Below are positions 63,685-64,000 of a DNA stretch of 64,000 nt, in pieces. The position numbers were made by a program, and so were the translations under genes. Below the pieces are notes generated by a model, which worked only from the letters and a program-made list of their open reading frames with translations, ran no database searches and was not told where the DNA came from. Source of the DNA: Neocallimastix sp. 'constans'. Lineage: Eukaryota. Position 1 is the first letter of the stretch; each line of letters begins with the position of its first letter. The stretch lies in NCBI GenBank assembly GCA_050613775.1, contig JBODTK010000001.1, forward strand, positions 2,108,001 to 2,172,000. The letters are read 5' to 3'.

Positions 63685-63828
63685 AAATTACTAATAATTA
63701 AAAATAGAGTAGGATTATTTATTATTGTATCTATTAAAATTGAATTTAAAAATGAAAATTACTAATAATTAAAAATAGAGTAGGATTATTTATAATTGTA
63801 TCTATTATAATTGTATTTAAAAATGAAA
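63685..63828. repeat. 71-bp tandem duplication
   Basis: aaattactaataattaaaaatagagtaggattattt... starts at 63685 and at 63756, with a few substitutions. Confidence 0.88.
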
Positions 63829-64000
63829 CGTTTGTCTCCTTTTAGTATTATATATTTTGTTTGAAGATGCAATCCAATATCTTTTTGATATATCTTTTGT
63901 ACTTCCGTGCCACTAAATAATATTAAAGGGGAACATATATAAAAAATAACATATAAAGTTTTTTTTTTCATTAAATTTTAAATAACGTCATGATGATGAT

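Overview
Extremely AT-rich, intron-rich eukaryotic DNA. It is most consistent with an anaerobic gut fungus (Neocallimastigomycota); this is inferred from composition, a fungal-type Bud6, and the style of the ankyrin repeats. I assembled six protein-coding genes by hand from GT-AG splice sites: proteasome alpha-7 (PRE10/PSMA3, 9 exons, minus), a TmcB-like polytopic membrane protein (about 33 exons, minus), an intronless RGS-domain gene, a 2-exon hypothetical single-pass membrane protein, a long Bud6/Aip3 homologue (8 exons), and a 2390-aa multi-repeat low-complexity protein. The right third is gene-poor. It holds a decayed Ty3/gypsy pol remnant, an ankyrin-repeat pseudogene, a 510-bp foldback element with a 5-bp flanking duplication, an exact 82-bp duplication and a 10-unit 32-bp repeat array. 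A possible LINE remnant lies at the left edge. I recognised no tRNA, rRNA or CRISPR array. Most short ORFs in the track are microsatellite or antisense artefacts. I cannot demonstrate a new biological system. The best leads are the foldback element, the 32-bp array, the all-phase-1 Bud6 gene, the proteasome Pro17 substitution and the giant repeat protein.
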